Positions 28,660-42,110 of a DNA stretch of 64,000 nt are shown here, piece by piece. The notes beneath the pieces were generated by a model, which worked only from the letters and a program-made list of their open reading frames with translations, made no database searches and had not been told where the DNA came from. The position numbers and the translations under genes were made by a program. How positions within the stretch are numbered: position 1 is the stretch's first letter; every line of letters begins with the position of its first letter. This DNA comes from Ignavibacteria bacterium (GTDB lineage: Bacteria > Bacteroidota > Ignavibacteria > Kapaibacteriales > Kapaibacteriaceae), in NCBI GenBank assembly GCA_947495975.1, contig CANMBE010000006.1:951-64950 (forward strand). The letters run 5' to 3'.

Positions 28660-30057
28660 CTAAATTTTCAACCCTCGCGCAATGCTCATCAGCATTTCAT
28701 CGCTGTTCATAGCCCCTTGCAATTGCATGCCAATAGGAAGTCCGGCAGAGTCCGTGCCAAATGGGATGCTGAGCGCTGGGATGCCTGCTATGTTGGCCGA
28801 CACGGTAAAATAATCGCTTAGCCACATGCTAACGGGATCGCTCTTTTCACCAAGGCTAAAAGCAGTGGTGGGTGTAGTAGGCATTGCGAGCACGTCAACA
28901 CTCTTGAAAATATCTACATATGCATCTCTGATGAGGCGCCGCGCCATCTGCGCTTTGCCGTAGTAGGCCTCGCTATAACCACTCGAGAGAACGTAGGTGC
29001 CTAACATAATCCTGCGCTTTACCTCTGTTCCAAATCCTGCTGTACGCGATGCTGTTGTAATGTCGCCATCTGCGGCATCCACTCTTGTCCCAAAACGCAC
29101 ACCATCAAAGCGCGCAAGATTGCTCGACGCTTCGGCTGTTGCGAGGATGAAATACGTTGGGATCCATGTTTCGCTGTGCGGTATGGCAACGTCAACTACA
29201 CGTGCTCCACTTGCACGAAGCGCATCGAGATATTTACCATACGCATCGAGAATTGATTGCTCGCAACCCGTGAGTTGCGATAGTGGCATCGCACCAACAC
29301 GCAGAGGGTGGTCTGTTGGAATTGACACGATGGAAGGGGCTTCTATAGACGTGGAATCCATTGGGTCGTAACCAGCTACCACATCAAAAACTGCTTCCAT
29401 GTCTGGGATAGACAGAGAGAATAAACCCACCTGATCGAGCGACGATGCAAAGGCAATAAGTCCGTACCGCGATACTCTTCCATACGTAGGCTTTAGTCCA
29501 TACGTGCCGCAGAATGCTGCTGGCTGACGGATTGAGCCGCCAGTATCCGATCCAAGAGCAACATGACACATGCCGTCTGCAACTGCAACGGCAGACCCAC
29601 CAGATGATCCGCCCGGTACACGCGTAGCGTCTAAAGGATGCCGCACAACTCCATAGGCAGATGTCTCATTTGACGAGCCCATGGCAAACTCGTCCATGTT
29701 CGTCTTGCCAATAAAGACGGAGCCTGCGTTTCGGAGACGTTCAATGACGGTTGCGTCATACAAGGGCGTGTACCCCTCCAACATGCGGGATGCACACGTG
29801 GTAGGGAGCCCCTTCATCGAGATATTATCCTTGAGTGCAACTACAAGGCCTTCCAAAGGACGTTCTAACCCAGCCGTAAATCGTTCGTCACTTTCACCAG
29901 CAGAAATAACTGCACGGTTAGCATTAATAGTTATAAACGCATTTAGTTCTGCACGATCCGTGATTCGCTGCAGAAATTGTTTTGTGCGTTGGACAACCGA
30001 CAGAGAGCTTTGTGTATAGGCTTCTCTATCTGCTGTATACGTAGACTGTTCGTTCAT
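28660..30057 (-). CDS. gatA: Asp/Glu-tRNA amidotransferase subunit A
   Basis: KTNMDEFAMGSS, PGGSSGGS, GSDTGGSIRQPA and EVKRRIMLGTYVLS motifs. Confidence 0.97.
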   Translation of the reverse strand: MNEQSTYTADREAYTQSSLSVVQRTKQFLQRITDRAELNAFITINANRAVISAGESDERFTAGLERPLEGLVVALKDNISMKGLPTTCASRMLEGYTPLYDATVIERLRNAGSVFIGKTNMDEFAMGSSNETSAYGVVRHPLDATRVPGGSSGGSAVAVADGMCHVALGSDTGGSIRQPAAFCGTYGLKPTYGRVSRYGLIAFASSLDQVGLFSLSIPDMEAVFDVVAGYDPMDSTSIEAPSIVSIPTDHPLRVGAMPLSQLTGCEQSILDAYGKYLDALRASGARVVDVAIPHSETWIPTYFILATAEASSNLARFDGVRFGTRVDAADGDITTASRTAGFGTEVKRRIMLGTYVLSSGYSEAYYGKAQMARRLIRDAYVDIFKSVDVLAMPTTPTTAFSLGEKSDPVSMWLSDYFTVSANIAGIPALSIPFGTDSAGLPIGMQLQGAMNSDEMLMSIARGLKI

Positions 30058-30347
30058 TGTAGGTCGGTTTTGTCTGGTTCCGCGTCATCTACTTGGCTGC
30101 GAGAAACAATCTCATCCGGCGGAGTAATAACGACAGGCAGTTTTGCTGATATATTGGTAGATGCGTCTCTCACTGCAACATCTGCTGAGATGTCGCGAAT
30201 CTGCTGCGTCAAATCTTCCTGTGCCTTGCGGAACTGCCGAATACCACGGCCAACTTGCTGAGCAAATTCCGGGATCTTCTTTGGACCGAAGAGCAATAGA
30301 ATAACGAGCAGTATGAGTATGAGCTCGCCGCCCCCTACATCAAACAT
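30054..30347 (-). CDS. Twin-arginine translocase TatA/TatB family subunit
   Basis: MFDVGGGELILI...FGPKKIPE...GRGIRQFRKA. Confidence 0.9.
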   Translation of the reverse strand: MFDVGGGELILILLVILLLFGPKKIPEFAQQVGRGIRQFRKAQEDLTQQIRDISADVAVRDASTNISAKLPVVITPPDEIVSRSQVDDAEPDKTDLQ

Positions 30348-30371
30348 GGGTGTTCTTGTGTTGTAGGTGGA

Positions 30372-30566
30372 TCAGTTTGCTGAATCTTGGTTTGAATCGC
30401 TCTTGGAACGTGGAATCTCTTCGTCCTTTCCAGATGAAGCATTCTTGAACTCGCGAATGCCGGAGCCAAGACCCTTCATGAGTTCAGGGATCTTCTTTGC
30501 GCCAAATAATAAAACAACGACGAAGAGGATAAGAATCCACTCCATGCCGCCAGGTAATCCGAACAT
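30372..30566 (-). CDS. tatA: Twin-arginine translocase TatA
   Basis: [27 protein letters not shown] ribosome-binding site. Confidence 0.93.
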   Translation of the reverse strand: MFGLPGGMEWILILFVVVLLFGAKKIPELMKGLGSGIREFKNASSGKDEEIPRSKSDSNQDSAN

Positions 30567-30577
30567 GGATTGCTCCG

Positions 30578-31282
30578 TTAAATGAGAATTGAATGTGCAA
30601 CGTGAAGAGCCAAACTAGCAAAGACGCTCACACCATCAGCAGATCCGAGAAGGGGCTCACATGCCCGCTCAGGATGAGGCATCAGTCCCATAACGTTGCC
30701 CCTTTCATTCATGATGCCAGCGATATTATTCATACTTCCGTTCGGATTGGAGTCAGCCGTTGTTTCGCCCGTAGGCGAAGCATAACGGTAGACCACTTGG
30801 CCATTAGCCTCAATCCGATCAATCGTTTCCTGTGGAGCGGTGTATCTGCCTTCGCCATGAGCAACAGGAACCCGCAACATTGTTCCTAGTTTCACTGCAC
30901 AGGTAAATGGCGTTGCGCTGTTTTCAACGCGTAGGTGCACATCCTTGCACACAAAACGTAGGTTCTCGTTCCGAATGAGAGCTCCGGGGAGCAGCCCCGA
31001 CTCACATAGAATTTGAAAGCCGTTACAAATGCCGAGAACGAGGCCTCCATCATTCGCAAAACGGATCACTTCATTCATAATCGGTGAGAACCGTGCAATT
31101 GCTCCAGTGCGCAGATAGTCGCCGTAGGAGAAGCCCCCGGGCAGAATAATTACATCTACATCAATTGGGAGAGTCTCATCCTTGTGCCACAACTGAACAG
31201 CTTCATTGCCTGTTACGGTTGCACCATAACGTGCGTCTGCATCACAATTTGAGCCTGGGAAGGTTACAACACCGATCTTCAT
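30578..31282 (-). CDS. purQ: Phosphoribosylformylglycinamidine synthase subunit PurQ
   Basis: [25 protein letters not shown] and MPHPER motifs. Confidence 0.97.
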   Translation of the reverse strand: MKIGVVTFPGSNCDADARYGATVTGNEAVQLWHKDETLPIDVDVIILPGGFSYGDYLRTGAIARFSPIMNEVIRFANDGGLVLGICNGFQILCESGLLPGALIRNENLRFVCKDVHLRVENSATPFTCAVKLGTMLRVPVAHGEGRYTAPQETIDRIEANGQVVYRYASPTGETTADSNPNGSMNNIAGIMNERGNVMGLMPHPERACEPLLGSADGVSVFASLALHVAHSILI

Positions 31283-31551
31283 GCCGGCACTCCTGCTGCT
31301 TTTTCAACGAGCGCGATGTGAAAGTCTTCCATCACTGGATTGGTGAGAAGTTTCTTGCAAGCATCCATCACGAGATCATTGGCTGTATCTGTATCGGGTG
31401 CTTGCACTTCTACTTCGATGTGTTTGCCAATGCGCACGCTGCCAAGCGCAGGCATGTGTAGTGAATGTAGTGCATGCTCAACGGCCTTGCCTTGCACATC
31501 AAGGATTGCACGACGTAGAGTAACAGTAATTGAGGCGGTATAGGTTTTCAT
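31279..31551 (-). CDS. purS: Phosphoribosylformylglycinamidine synthase subunit PurS
   Basis: [14 protein letters not shown] and [12 protein letters not shown] motifs. Confidence 0.95.
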   Translation of the reverse strand: MKTYTASITVTLRRAILDVQGKAVEHALHSLHMPALGSVRIGKHIEVEVQAPDTDTANDLVMDACKKLLTNPVMEDFHIALVEKAAGVPA

Positions 31552-31555
31552 ACAA

Positions 31556-32317
31556 TCACATTGTAAACGGATCGGGATCTGCTTCTTCAACGGAATCATC
31601 GTTATCCGAGCGATCTCGTACAAACAATACGAGATGCCGAATAGCGCCGCCAATGAGATAGACCAACATGAACGGGAAGAGTGCTTTGCCGCCCGTTACA
31701 ACGGACGCGCTAACACCAGTCAAAAATACGGAAAAGACAACGGGCCGTTGACGCAGACTGCGCCATGATGGACGAGGAATATTGTCATACTTCACTGTGC
31801 TGACCATTGCCAAGGAGGTTAACACCGTTACAAAAACAATCATCCACGGTTTCCAGCTTGCAGGAAGAATGTCAGAGCTGTGCCAGAGGTACACGTACGA
31901 AATAATCGTAAAGGCCCCTGCAGGAATAGGCATACCACGGAAATAGAGCTTGTCTTCCATGCTCGTCAATTGCACATTGAAGCGGGCCAGACGCAACACT
32001 CCAGCCATTGCTGGCAAGGACGCAACTAAGAGGCCCCATTGATGCCATTGTTGAAAGAAAGCCACATAGAGTATTACAGAGGGGGCCACCCCAAATGAGA
32101 CGGCATCGCAGAGGGAATCGAGCTCTACACCAAACTCTGACGTGCTGTGAGTAATGCGGGCAACAACTCCATCCAACATATCAAAAATGCCTGCCATCAC
32201 AACGAGGAGCGCTGCCTGACTCAGCCCACCTTCAAAAGCGGCTACGATGGCAGCAAACCCGCAAAAAAGATTGGCGAGTGTGAAGAGGTTGGGGATTACA
32301 GATCGTGTAACTCGCAT
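31556..32317 (-). CDS. pssA: CDP-diacylglycerol--serine O-phosphatidyltransferase
   Basis: IPNLFT, DMLDGVVAR...FGVELDSLCD and LRLARFN motifs. Confidence 0.95.
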   Translation of the reverse strand: MRVTRSVIPNLFTLANLFCGFAAIVAAFEGGLSQAALLVVMAGIFDMLDGVVARITHSTSEFGVELDSLCDAVSFGVAPSVILYVAFFQQWHQWGLLVASLPAMAGVLRLARFNVQLTSMEDKLYFRGMPIPAGAFTIISYVYLWHSSDILPASWKPWMIVFVTVLTSLAMVSTVKYDNIPRPSWRSLRQRPVVFSVFLTGVSASVVTGGKALFPFMLVYLIGGAIRHLVLFVRDRSDNDDSVEEADPDPFTM

Positions 32318-32319
32318 AC

Positions 32320-32991
32320 TTAGTCTACCTTACTCACAAGCCGCGCAAGGATTGAGTGAGCGCTCACCACCTTGTCTCCGGGCCGCACAACAACCTTCGC
32401 AGAGGCGGGAACGACAACGTCCATGCGCGACCCAAACTTCATCATGCCAAAGCGCTTACCAGCGGAGACCACATCGCCAACCTTGGTGTCATACACGATG
32501 CGACGGGCTAGAAAACCAGTTATTTGTTGATAGGAGATGCGGCCAGCAGCAGTTTCCAGGACAAAAAGTGATCGCTCATTCTCCATGCTGGATTTAGGGT
32601 TAAATGCCATGAGATAGGCGCCGGGAATGTAGCGCGCCTCCACAATTGTGCCTGAAGCGGGGTATCTATTGACGTGCAGATTTACTGGGGACAGAAAAAT
32701 GCTGATCTGAATAGCAGGTCCGCCCAATTCCGGGCTGTAAGCCACAGAATCCACATTTACCACCTGTCCGTCTGCCGGAGCCACAATAAGTGCAGGATTA
32801 TTTTGCGCTTCTGCAATGAGGGGGCGTTCGGCATCCCGAAAAAACCAGAGGGTAAAACCGATGATTATTATCCCCAGCGCGATGAGGATCACCTGCAAAG
32901 CAGTGCCTACAGGGGTAAGCGCGAGCAAGAGCACGCACGCGCCAATGCCCAACAGGAGGAATGCGTTGTTGCGCCCATACGGAGTCAGCAT
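32320..32991 (-). CDS. psd: Phosphatidylserine decarboxylase proenzyme
   Basis: FFRD, APADG, IFLSPVNLHVNR and FGSRMD cleavage motif. Confidence 0.95.
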   Translation of the reverse strand: MLTPYGRNNAFLLLGIGACVLLLALTPVGTALQVILIALGIIIIGFTLWFFRDAERPLIAEAQNNPALIVAPADGQVVNVDSVAYSPELGGPAIQISIFLSPVNLHVNRYPASGTIVEARYIPGAYLMAFNPKSSMENERSLFVLETAAGRISYQQITGFLARRIVYDTKVGDVVSAGKRFGMMKFGSRMDVVVPASAKVVVRPGDKVVSAHSILARLVSKVD

Positions 32992-33104
32992 CGCTGATCC
33001 GAATTGGTCACTGAGAAAGGTTGTAGGGTCATACTGCGGTTCGTAGATTCGTCCTTCAAATTAGTGATTTCGCGCCTCCTGACCCCTTATTTGGCTCCAT
33101 CAGC

Positions 33105-34226
33105 ATGAAGTTTACCGTTGCGCTCCCCGATTTACAGAAGGCACTTCAAAAGGTCCTCCCTGCAATTCCGGCTAAGAGTACCATTCCCGTTCTCGAACAC
33201 ATCCACGCATCTCTCAGTGGTAGCGAGTTAACGTTCACAGCTACAGATCAAGAGATCACAATCTCCCTTCGCACACCCGTTTCGGGTGATAGAGATGGGG
33301 CTTTGTTGATTCCTGCACGGCAATTCAATGACCTTGTCAAAGAATTGGGATCTGCCGGAACGATAGAAGTGAATGCCGACGAAGCTACTCAGCTCGTTAC
33401 AATACGTACGCCAACAGGCTCGTACGAGATGAAGGCGCTTGATGTTGGCGAGTTCCCATCAATTCCTCCCTTCCCGGAAGCACAGTCTGCTTTGTTGCGC
33501 AAAGAAGACATGATGCGAATGGCCAACAAAACTGTCTTTGCAGTTTCAACAGAAGAGTATCGTCCTAGTATGACGGGTGTGTTCTTTCAGTTCAATGGCG
33601 AAAGTGTAACCGCCGTTGCAACTGATGGATTCCGCCTTAGTCGTGTAATAGTGAAAGCGCCAGAAGGAGCCCCGTTCCCAACAGCACTTGAAGCTATTAT
33701 TCCCTCACGTGCGGTTGATCTACTTCGTAGACTTGAAGGCGATGTGTCAATGGAGATTTCGCGGACACATGCACGGTTTACCATCGGGTCAATGACGATT
33801 ACAACGCGTGTGATAGATGAAAAATATCCGCCATATCAGAATGTGATTCCGTCCGACAACGACAAATCTCTAATTGTGAACCAACGCGAAGTGTTAAGTG
33901 CTATCAAGCGTGTTTCGCTATTTGCAAACACAAACACACGACACGTGCGATTTACAATGGAGGAGTCATCACTTGCCGTACACTCCGAAGATGAGGACTC
34001 CGGTGGAAAGGGAACAGAGAATATTCCATGCGAGTTTTCAGGCAAGGGCTTCGAAGTTGGATTTAATTATCGTTTTCTAGAAGAGGCGATAAAGAACATC
34101 ACTACAGATGACGATCCCGATCTCAACGTGCGCATGACGTTCTCAACGCCGATTCGCGCCGTGCTTATCACACCTGGGGCGGGCGATGATTCGCTGCTCA
34201 TGCTTGTGATGCCGGTTAAGATCTGA
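33105..34226 (+). CDS. dnaN: DNA polymerase III beta sliding clamp
   Basis: KSTIPVL, ATDQE, VATDGFRL, YPPY, GFNYRFL and LVMPV motifs. Confidence 0.97.
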   Translation: MKFTVALPDLQKALQKVLPAIPAKSTIPVLEHIHASLSGSELTFTATDQEITISLRTPVSGDRDGALLIPARQFNDLVKELGSAGTIEVNADEATQLVTIRTPTGSYEMKALDVGEFPSIPPFPEAQSALLRKEDMMRMANKTVFAVSTEEYRPSMTGVFFQFNGESVTAVATDGFRLSRVIVKAPEGAPFPTALEAIIPSRAVDLLRRLEGDVSMEISRTHARFTIGSMTITTRVIDEKYPPYQNVIPSDNDKSLIVNQREVLSAIKRVSLFANTNTRHVRFTMEESSLAVHSEDEDSGGKGTENIPCEFSGKGFEVGFNYRFLEEAIKNITTDDDPDLNVRMTFSTPIRAVLITPGAGDDSLLMLVMPVKI

Positions 34227-34237
34227 CGAGGACGGCA

Positions 34238-35445
34238 ATGGTCATTCGCTCCGTGTTATTGGCACATGTTCGTAACCATGAACACACAGAGATCGTGTGT
34301 GCTCGGGATGTGAACGTTCTGAGTGGTTCCAACGGATCAGGCAAGACAACGATTTTGGAAGCCATCAGTCTTTGTGCAATTGCAAAGAGTTTTGTGCCAG
34401 TACCAGATCAAGCACTTATCAAACACGGATTTGAAGATTGTACGTCTACTGTTGAGGCATTGCGAGATCTTGATGTGCCATATCGTATTTCAGTACGTGT
34501 TCGCAATGGAGTTCGCAAACGAATCACAACGGCACATGGATCAAGTCTTACTCCCCGCGATATCATTGGTGAATTGCCGATGGTTGCACTGTCACCCGAT
34601 CACAAGAGCGTAACCTTTGGTGGTCCAGCAGAGCGAAGAGCATTTCTTGACGGAGTGATGGCACAGTCGAGCAAAAGATTTACGGAACTGTTGTATGAGC
34701 ATCGCAGATTGTTGAAGCAACGAAATGCTGCTCTGCAAGCGGGTGCTTTCATGCATGGCGATGGCGAAGAGTTAGATGTGTGGACGGAGCAGTTTGTTCT
34801 TGTAAGCGCGGAGGTTGTGGAGCGTCGTAATCGGTTTCTTGCAGATGTAATGCCGATTGTGTGCTCAGCATATGAGGCAGTATCGGGTTCGGCCGAGACG
34901 ATTAACATCGTCTATCAACCGGATGTAGCCTCACACGGCACGCTGGCGACAGATACGCTTCTTTCGAGCTCGTCAGTTGCAGAGGCGTACCGTGCGGCAG
35001 CGCGCATGTTGCGTCCGCGCGAGATGGCTCGGGAGTCAACACTGTTCGGACCACAGAAGGATGAAATTGCATTTATGATCAATGGCGGTCTCGTGCGCGA
35101 AACTGCATCGCAGGGACAACACAAGTCGTTACTCGTTGCACTAAAACTTGCAGAATGTGAGTTATTGCATGAGCGTTGTAACGAACGTCCAGTGGTGTTG
35201 CTCGATGATGTGTTTAGTGAGCTCGACCGCGATAGATGCGCTCGAGTACTAGAACGTGTGTTGGCAATGGGTATGCAGTGTTTTGTGACCACAACGGAAG
35301 GCGAGACTGTTTTGAAGTTGATGAAAGAGATCAGCAGCACTCGCGGCGGCAACATTGACATTTCGATGATCACACTTGAAGGCGGAATTGCTTCATACGT
35401 TCAGCAATCAGAACTGCCGTTGCACCAAAGTGCGGAGGCCGCATA

Positions 35446-35446
<1 letters not shown>
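34238..35446 (+). CDS. recF: DNA replication and repair protein RecF
   Basis: GSNGSGKT, GGPAERRAFLD, ASQGQ and LLDDVFSELD motifs. Confidence 0.96.
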
Positions 35447-37759
<2,313 letters not shown>

Positions 37760-37765
37760 TTAACG

Positions 37766-37790
37766 GGGTAGGTACGCTATCGCACTACCC
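37766..37790. terminator. Hairpin just after gyrB (terminator- or REP-like)
   Basis: GGGTAG-GTACG-CTAT-CGCA-CTACCC; no U tract. Confidence 0.4.
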
Positions 37791-38113
37791 TGTAACTCTG
37801 ACCTGCCCCCGTAACAATTGCGACAAAAGTTCCGTTGAAGACCGAAAGATATCGCCTGTCTTGGCCATCGTATGCAATTGATCAAGTGATCGCAAGGGGC
37901 GCAATCGAGCGCTTATAACTATGCGCGGTTGAATGCACATCGTGGATGACAGACACAAGTCCGTCTTCATCCAACTCAAGTCTTGTTGAACCAATTGACT
38001 CATGGAGAGACTCAAAGAAAATCTCAGGCAATTCAAGATTTGCCATTAACCACGTGAGACAAGAAGCGTTGGAAAGCGAAAAGTGAAGCCACAAAACTAC
38101 CACCACAAACAAC

Positions 38114-38148
38114 AAGACCCCTCGCGTCTGCACTCGCTAGGGGTCTTT
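38114..38148. terminator. Probable intrinsic terminator
   Basis: 9-bp outer stem AAGACCCCT...AGGGGTCTT. Confidence 0.6.
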
Positions 38149-38201
38149 AACACATGTATTGCCAAAAAGGCACTATCAGTTGTTAGATGAAAGAATGCTG
38201 G

Positions 38202-38327
38202 CTAGGGGGCGATTAGTTCCAACCACCACGTCTTCATTTCACATTTGCCCTTAACATCAATTGTACCCCGCAGACGCAACAGAAATGGGGCCCCATTGCC
38301 AGCCAAAACGCGAGCGAAGACATCATC
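38202..38327 (-). pseudogene. C-terminal remnant of a class III adenylate/guanylate cyclase
   Basis: Translates DDVFARVLAGNGAPFLLRLRGTIDVKGKCEMKTWWLELIAP*, resembling the RGxIxVKGKGxMxTYWL cyclase terminus; no start codon or upstream domain. Confidence 0.75.
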
Positions 38328-38390
38328 GTCTGCCTGACGCAAAACGAGTCAGCATTACTTTGGCTAATGCATGTGCCGCGTTTTAAAGAT

Positions 38391-38426
38391 AAAAAAAGCC
38401 CCAAAACCATTGCTGGTCAGGGGCTC
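38391..38426 (-). terminator. Intrinsic terminator of the metK-ahcY unit
   Basis: Minus strand reads AGCCCC-TGACCAGCAATGGTTTT-GGGGCT followed by a T run. Confidence 0.8.
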
Positions 38427-38445
38427 TCTATTCTCTCTTCGGGGA

Positions 38446-39873
38446 TCAGTAGCGGTAATACTCGGGCTTGTATGGACCCTTCGCATCAACGCCAATGTAT
38501 TTGGCTTGCTTAGGATTGAGCACTTCTAGTTCCACGCTAATCTTCTTAAGGTGAAGACGAGCCACTTTCTCATCAAGCTTCTTCGGCAGAACATAAACCT
38601 TGTTCTCATACTTCTTGTAATTGAGCCACAGTTCGAGTTGAGCAAGTACTTGATTTGTAAAAGAGTTCGACATGACAAACGATGGGTGGCCCATTGCACA
38701 GCCAAGGTTTACAAGGCGACCTTCAGCAAGAACAAGAATCTCTTTCTTACCAATAGTGTAGAGATCAACTTGTGGTTTAATCTCGATCTTGGACTTGCCG
38801 TGATTCTTGTTAAGCCACGCCATGTCTATCTCATTATCAAAGTGGCCGATGTTGCAAACAATTGCCTTGTCCTTCATCGCCTTAAAGTGCTTCTCGCTAA
38901 TGATGTCGCAGTTACCCGTTGCAGTAACAATGATGTCGGCTTCTTTTACAGCATCAATCATCTTCTTCACTTCAAAACCATCCATCGCTGCTTGAAGTGC
39001 GCAGATTGGATCGATTTCTGTAACAATCACACGCACGCCTGCACCTATGAGTGACGCAGCAGAACCTTTGCCTACGTCACCATATCCTGCTACTACAGCC
39101 ACTTTGCCGGCAAGCATGATGTCTGTTGCGCGACGAATAGCATCAACGAGAGATTCTTTGCAACCGTACTTATTGTCAAACTTGCTCTTCGTAACAGAGT
39201 CGTTTACATTAATTGCAGGCATAAGAAGTGTGCCATTCTTTACGCGCTCATAGAGGCGATGCACACCGGTTGTGGTTTCTTCAGAAATTCCGCGAATTGC
39301 CTCTACCAGTGCAGGATATTTGTCGAGCACCATGTTTGTGAGATCGCCACCGTCATCAAGGATCATGTTGAGGGCTTTTTGATCTTTCCCGAAGTACAGC
39401 GTTTGCTCGATGCACCAATCAAATTCTTCCTCGGTCATTCCCTTCCACGCAAAGACGGGTACGCCCGTTTTTGCAACGGCGGCGGCGGCGTGGTCTTGCG
39501 TAGAAAAGATGTTGCAGCTAGACCACGTAACATCGGCACCTAAGTCTACCAGTGTCTCAATAAGTACCGCGGTTTGGATGGTCATGTGAAGGCAACCCGC
39601 AATGCGAGCTCCCTTCAATGGCTTCTTGCCTTTGAACTCAGAGCGCAGCGCCATAAGGCCGGGCATCTCTGCTTCGGCTAGGCGGATCTCTTTGCGACCC
39701 CATTCGGCGAGGTCCATGTTTGCTACTGCATAGGCAAGGGGCTTATGAGCAATGTGTCCTTTTGCAACACGAGCTGGCAACTTGGGTGTGCCTTTGGGTG
39801 CTGGGGCTGCTTTTGTGACCTTAGCAACACCATTTGTTGCGGGTTTGATCTTCTTTACTGTCTTTGTTGGCAT
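38446..39873 (-). CDS. ahcY: Adenosylhomocysteinase with Lys/Pro/Ala-rich N-terminal extension
   Basis: [32 protein letters not shown] and [13 protein letters not shown] motifs. Confidence 0.98.
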   Translation of the reverse strand: MPTKTVKKIKPATNGVAKVTKAAPAPKGTPKLPARVAKGHIAHKPLAYAVANMDLAEWGRKEIRLAEAEMPGLMALRSEFKGKKPLKGARIAGCLHMTIQTAVLIETLVDLGADVTWSSCNIFSTQDHAAAAVAKTGVPVFAWKGMTEEEFDWCIEQTLYFGKDQKALNMILDDGGDLTNMVLDKYPALVEAIRGISEETTTGVHRLYERVKNGTLLMPAINVNDSVTKSKFDNKYGCKESLVDAIRRATDIMLAGKVAVVAGYGDVGKGSAASLIGAGVRVIVTEIDPICALQAAMDGFEVKKMIDAVKEADIIVTATGNCDIISEKHFKAMKDKAIVCNIGHFDNEIDMAWLNKNHGKSKIEIKPQVDLYTIGKKEILVLAEGRLVNLGCAMGHPSFVMSNSFTNQVLAQLELWLNYKKYENKVYVLPKKLDEKVARLHLKKISVELEVLNPKQAKYIGVDAKGPYKPEYYRY

Positions 39874-39902
39874 GAGTACTATTGATAGAAGAGTGAGAAA
39901 TT

Positions 39903-41060
39903 TTATGCGAAGTTCTTAGTAAACACGTCAACGAGGTCGAGATGTTCCCACGGGAATTCATGGCGACCAAAATGACCATATGCAGCGGTTGGACGATAGA
40001 TGGCGCGTCTGAGATTGAGACGTTCAATGATGCCTGCCGGAGTGAGAGTTATCTCCTTTGAGATAAACGATTCGAGCTCGCGCTCGCTTACCTTGGACGT
40101 GCCGTGGAGATTGACGTTTATTGAAACAGGCTGTTCAACGCCAATGGCATACGCAAGCTGGATTGTGCATTCACGGGCTACGCCTGCAGCCACAATGTTC
40201 TTTGCGAGGTGGCGTGCAGCATAGGCTGCCGAGCGATCAACCTTTGATGGGTCCTTACCAGAGAACGCGCCACCACCGTGTGGAGCGCGGCCACCGTATG
40301 TGTCAACAATGATCTTGCGACCAGTAAGCCCCGTATCGCCGTGTGGTCCGCCGATAACGAATTTCCCAGTTGGGTTAACGTGATATTTGGTGTCACTTGT
40401 GATGAGATGCTCGGGGATAACGGCCTTAACAACGTTTTCGATTACGTCTTCTTTAATGCGTTGTTGTGTGATTGCGCTGCCATTATCGTCAAACTCATCG
40501 TGCTGTGTAGAGACTACGATTGTGTCTACGCGCACAACTTCGCCATTGTCTCCATACACAACAGAAACCTGGGCCTTTGCATCTGGACGCAAATAAGGCA
40601 TGAGGGTCTTGTTCGTCTTGCGCACATCAGCAAGCCGTTTTACAAGCTTGTGCGAATAATAGAGCGCAGCGGGCATGTATTCATCAGTTTCTGATGTCGC
40701 ATATCCAAACATCATACCTTGATCACCAGCGCCGCCTGTATCAACACCTTGTGCGATATCTGGAGACTGACGGTTAATCACATTGAGAACTGCACATGAG
40801 TCCGCATCAAACCGATATTCTGCGCGGTCGTATCCAATGTCTCGGATTACCCCACGAACAAGATCGGGAAGATCAATATAGGTTGTAGTGGTGATCTCGC
40901 CACCAACAACGATCATTCCTGTTGTTGCGAAACATTCGCAGGCAACACGACCATTGGGGTCCTTTGAAAGAACGTCATCGAGAACTGCATCGGAGACCTG
41001 ATCGCAAACTTTGTCTGGATGTCCTTCTGAGACCGACTCTGACGTGAAAATGTACTGCAT
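39903..41060 (-). CDS. metK: S-adenosylmethionine synthase
   Basis: [19 protein letters not shown] and [16 protein letters not shown] motifs. Confidence 0.98.
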   Translation of the reverse strand: MQYIFTSESVSEGHPDKVCDQVSDAVLDDVLSKDPNGRVACECFATTGMIVVGGEITTTTYIDLPDLVRGVIRDIGYDRAEYRFDADSCAVLNVINRQSPDIAQGVDTGGAGDQGMMFGYATSETDEYMPAALYYSHKLVKRLADVRKTNKTLMPYLRPDAKAQVSVVYGDNGEVVRVDTIVVSTQHDEFDDNGSAITQQRIKEDVIENVVKAVIPEHLITSDTKYHVNPTGKFVIGGPHGDTGLTGRKIIVDTYGGRAPHGGGAFSGKDPSKVDRSAAYAARHLAKNIVAAGVARECTIQLAYAIGVEQPVSINVNLHGTSKVSERELESFISKEITLTPAGIIERLNLRRAIYRPTAAYGHFGRHEFPWEHLDLVDVFTKNFA

Positions 41061-41115
41061 GGAAAGCTTGAGAGGTGAAAGGTTGTTCGAATACGTTTTT
41101 AAATCAACTGCGAAA

Positions 41116-42096
41116 CTATTGAGACAGACGAACGATTGAAGCGTTGCCAATATTGATTGATGAGAATCTTCCTGTTACTTCTGCATTCTCGCCAATGATT
41201 GAATGATTGAGCGCAATGTCTGCAACTGTTGCACTGTCGCATATAATGCTGTCACGAATAATGCTGCTGCGCACAACTGCCCCCTTGGAGACAGATGCAT
41301 ACGGACCAATGACGGAGTGCTCTATGATTGCAGTTGGGTGAACATGCACGGGCGGCACAAACACGCAGCCCTTTGGGGCCGCCGGCATTTCGCCGCTATT
41401 TGTCAATAGAAACCGATTCGTAAGCAAGAGTGTTTCAGGCTTGCCACAATCATACCAGCCTTCAACAGGGAAGGTTGTGAACTTCTCTCCAGCATCAACC
41501 ATGAGCTGCAATGCATCGGTGAGTTGATACTCACCCTTGGTGCGAATGTCTTTGTCGATCAACGTTTCGAGTGCTGTGCGCAGCACTGACGGCCGACGAA
41601 TAAAGTAGAGTCCAACGATTGCCTGATTCGAAACAAGAGTCTCCGGTTTTTCAACGAGGCTTGTTACGAATCCGCCATCTTCGATGACAACACCAAATCG
41701 CCGCGGGTCATCAACGAACTTTACGCCCAGCGATGAGAACTGACTTGTAGCAAGTACGCTGAGGTCAACGTCAAACACCGTATCACCAAGGATGATGAGA
41801 ACAGGTTCTTCTTTGAGCGATTCGCGCGCAATCCAAATTGCATGACCAAGGCCAAGCATTTCTTCTTGTTCAACAAATGTTACGTTGAGGTTGTATGTGG
41901 TGCGCACATATTCTTCAACAAGCTCACCTTTGTATCCGGTGATGATCGTTGCACTCGTTACACCTTGTGCAACAAGTGAATCCAGAATATGACCGAGAAT
42001 CGGTTTGCCCGCAACGTTGACCAGAACTTTTGGCAACGTATGTGTGAATGGGCGCAGACGGGTGCCGATTCCGGCAACAGGTATGATGGCGTGCAT
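41116..42096 (-). CDS. Sugar-phosphate nucleotidyltransferase (long-form glucose-1-phosphate thymidylyltransferase-like)
   Basis: [14 protein letters not shown]...[15 protein letters not shown] and a C-terminal left-handed beta-helix. Confidence 0.92.
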   Translation of the reverse strand: MHAIIPVAGIGTRLRPFTHTLPKVLVNVAGKPILGHILDSLVAQGVTSATIITGYKGELVEEYVRTTYNLNVTFVEQEEMLGLGHAIWIARESLKEEPVLIILGDTVFDVDLSVLATSQFSSLGVKFVDDPRRFGVVIEDGGFVTSLVEKPETLVSNQAIVGLYFIRRPSVLRTALETLIDKDIRTKGEYQLTDALQLMVDAGEKFTTFPVEGWYDCGKPETLLLTNRFLLTNSGEMPAAPKGCVFVPPVHVHPTAIIEHSVIGPYASVSKGAVVRSSIIRDSIICDSATVADIALNHSIIGENAEVTGRFSSINIGNASIVRLSQ

Positions 42097-42102
42097 AGAC
42101 CA

Positions 42103-42110
42103 CAAAGATA
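42103..42110 (-). promoter_or_regulatory. -7 promoter element TATCTTTG, 6 nt before the ATG (probably leaderless)
   Basis: TAnnTTTG match with no room for a Shine-Dalgarno sequence. Confidence 0.6.

Noticed and set aside
32992..33104. oriC upstream of dnaN
   Set aside because: No dnaA, no DnaA-box cluster or AT-rich unwinding element seen; only 113 bp.
37785..38133. Two overlapping 83-aa minus-strand ORFs after gyrB
   Set aside because: No recognisable family or convincing start; one begins inside a terminator hairpin. It may be another remnant, but I cannot support that.
38150..38390. Structured ncRNA in the gyrB-ahcY gap
   Set aside because: Better explained by the cyclase remnant and flanking terminators.
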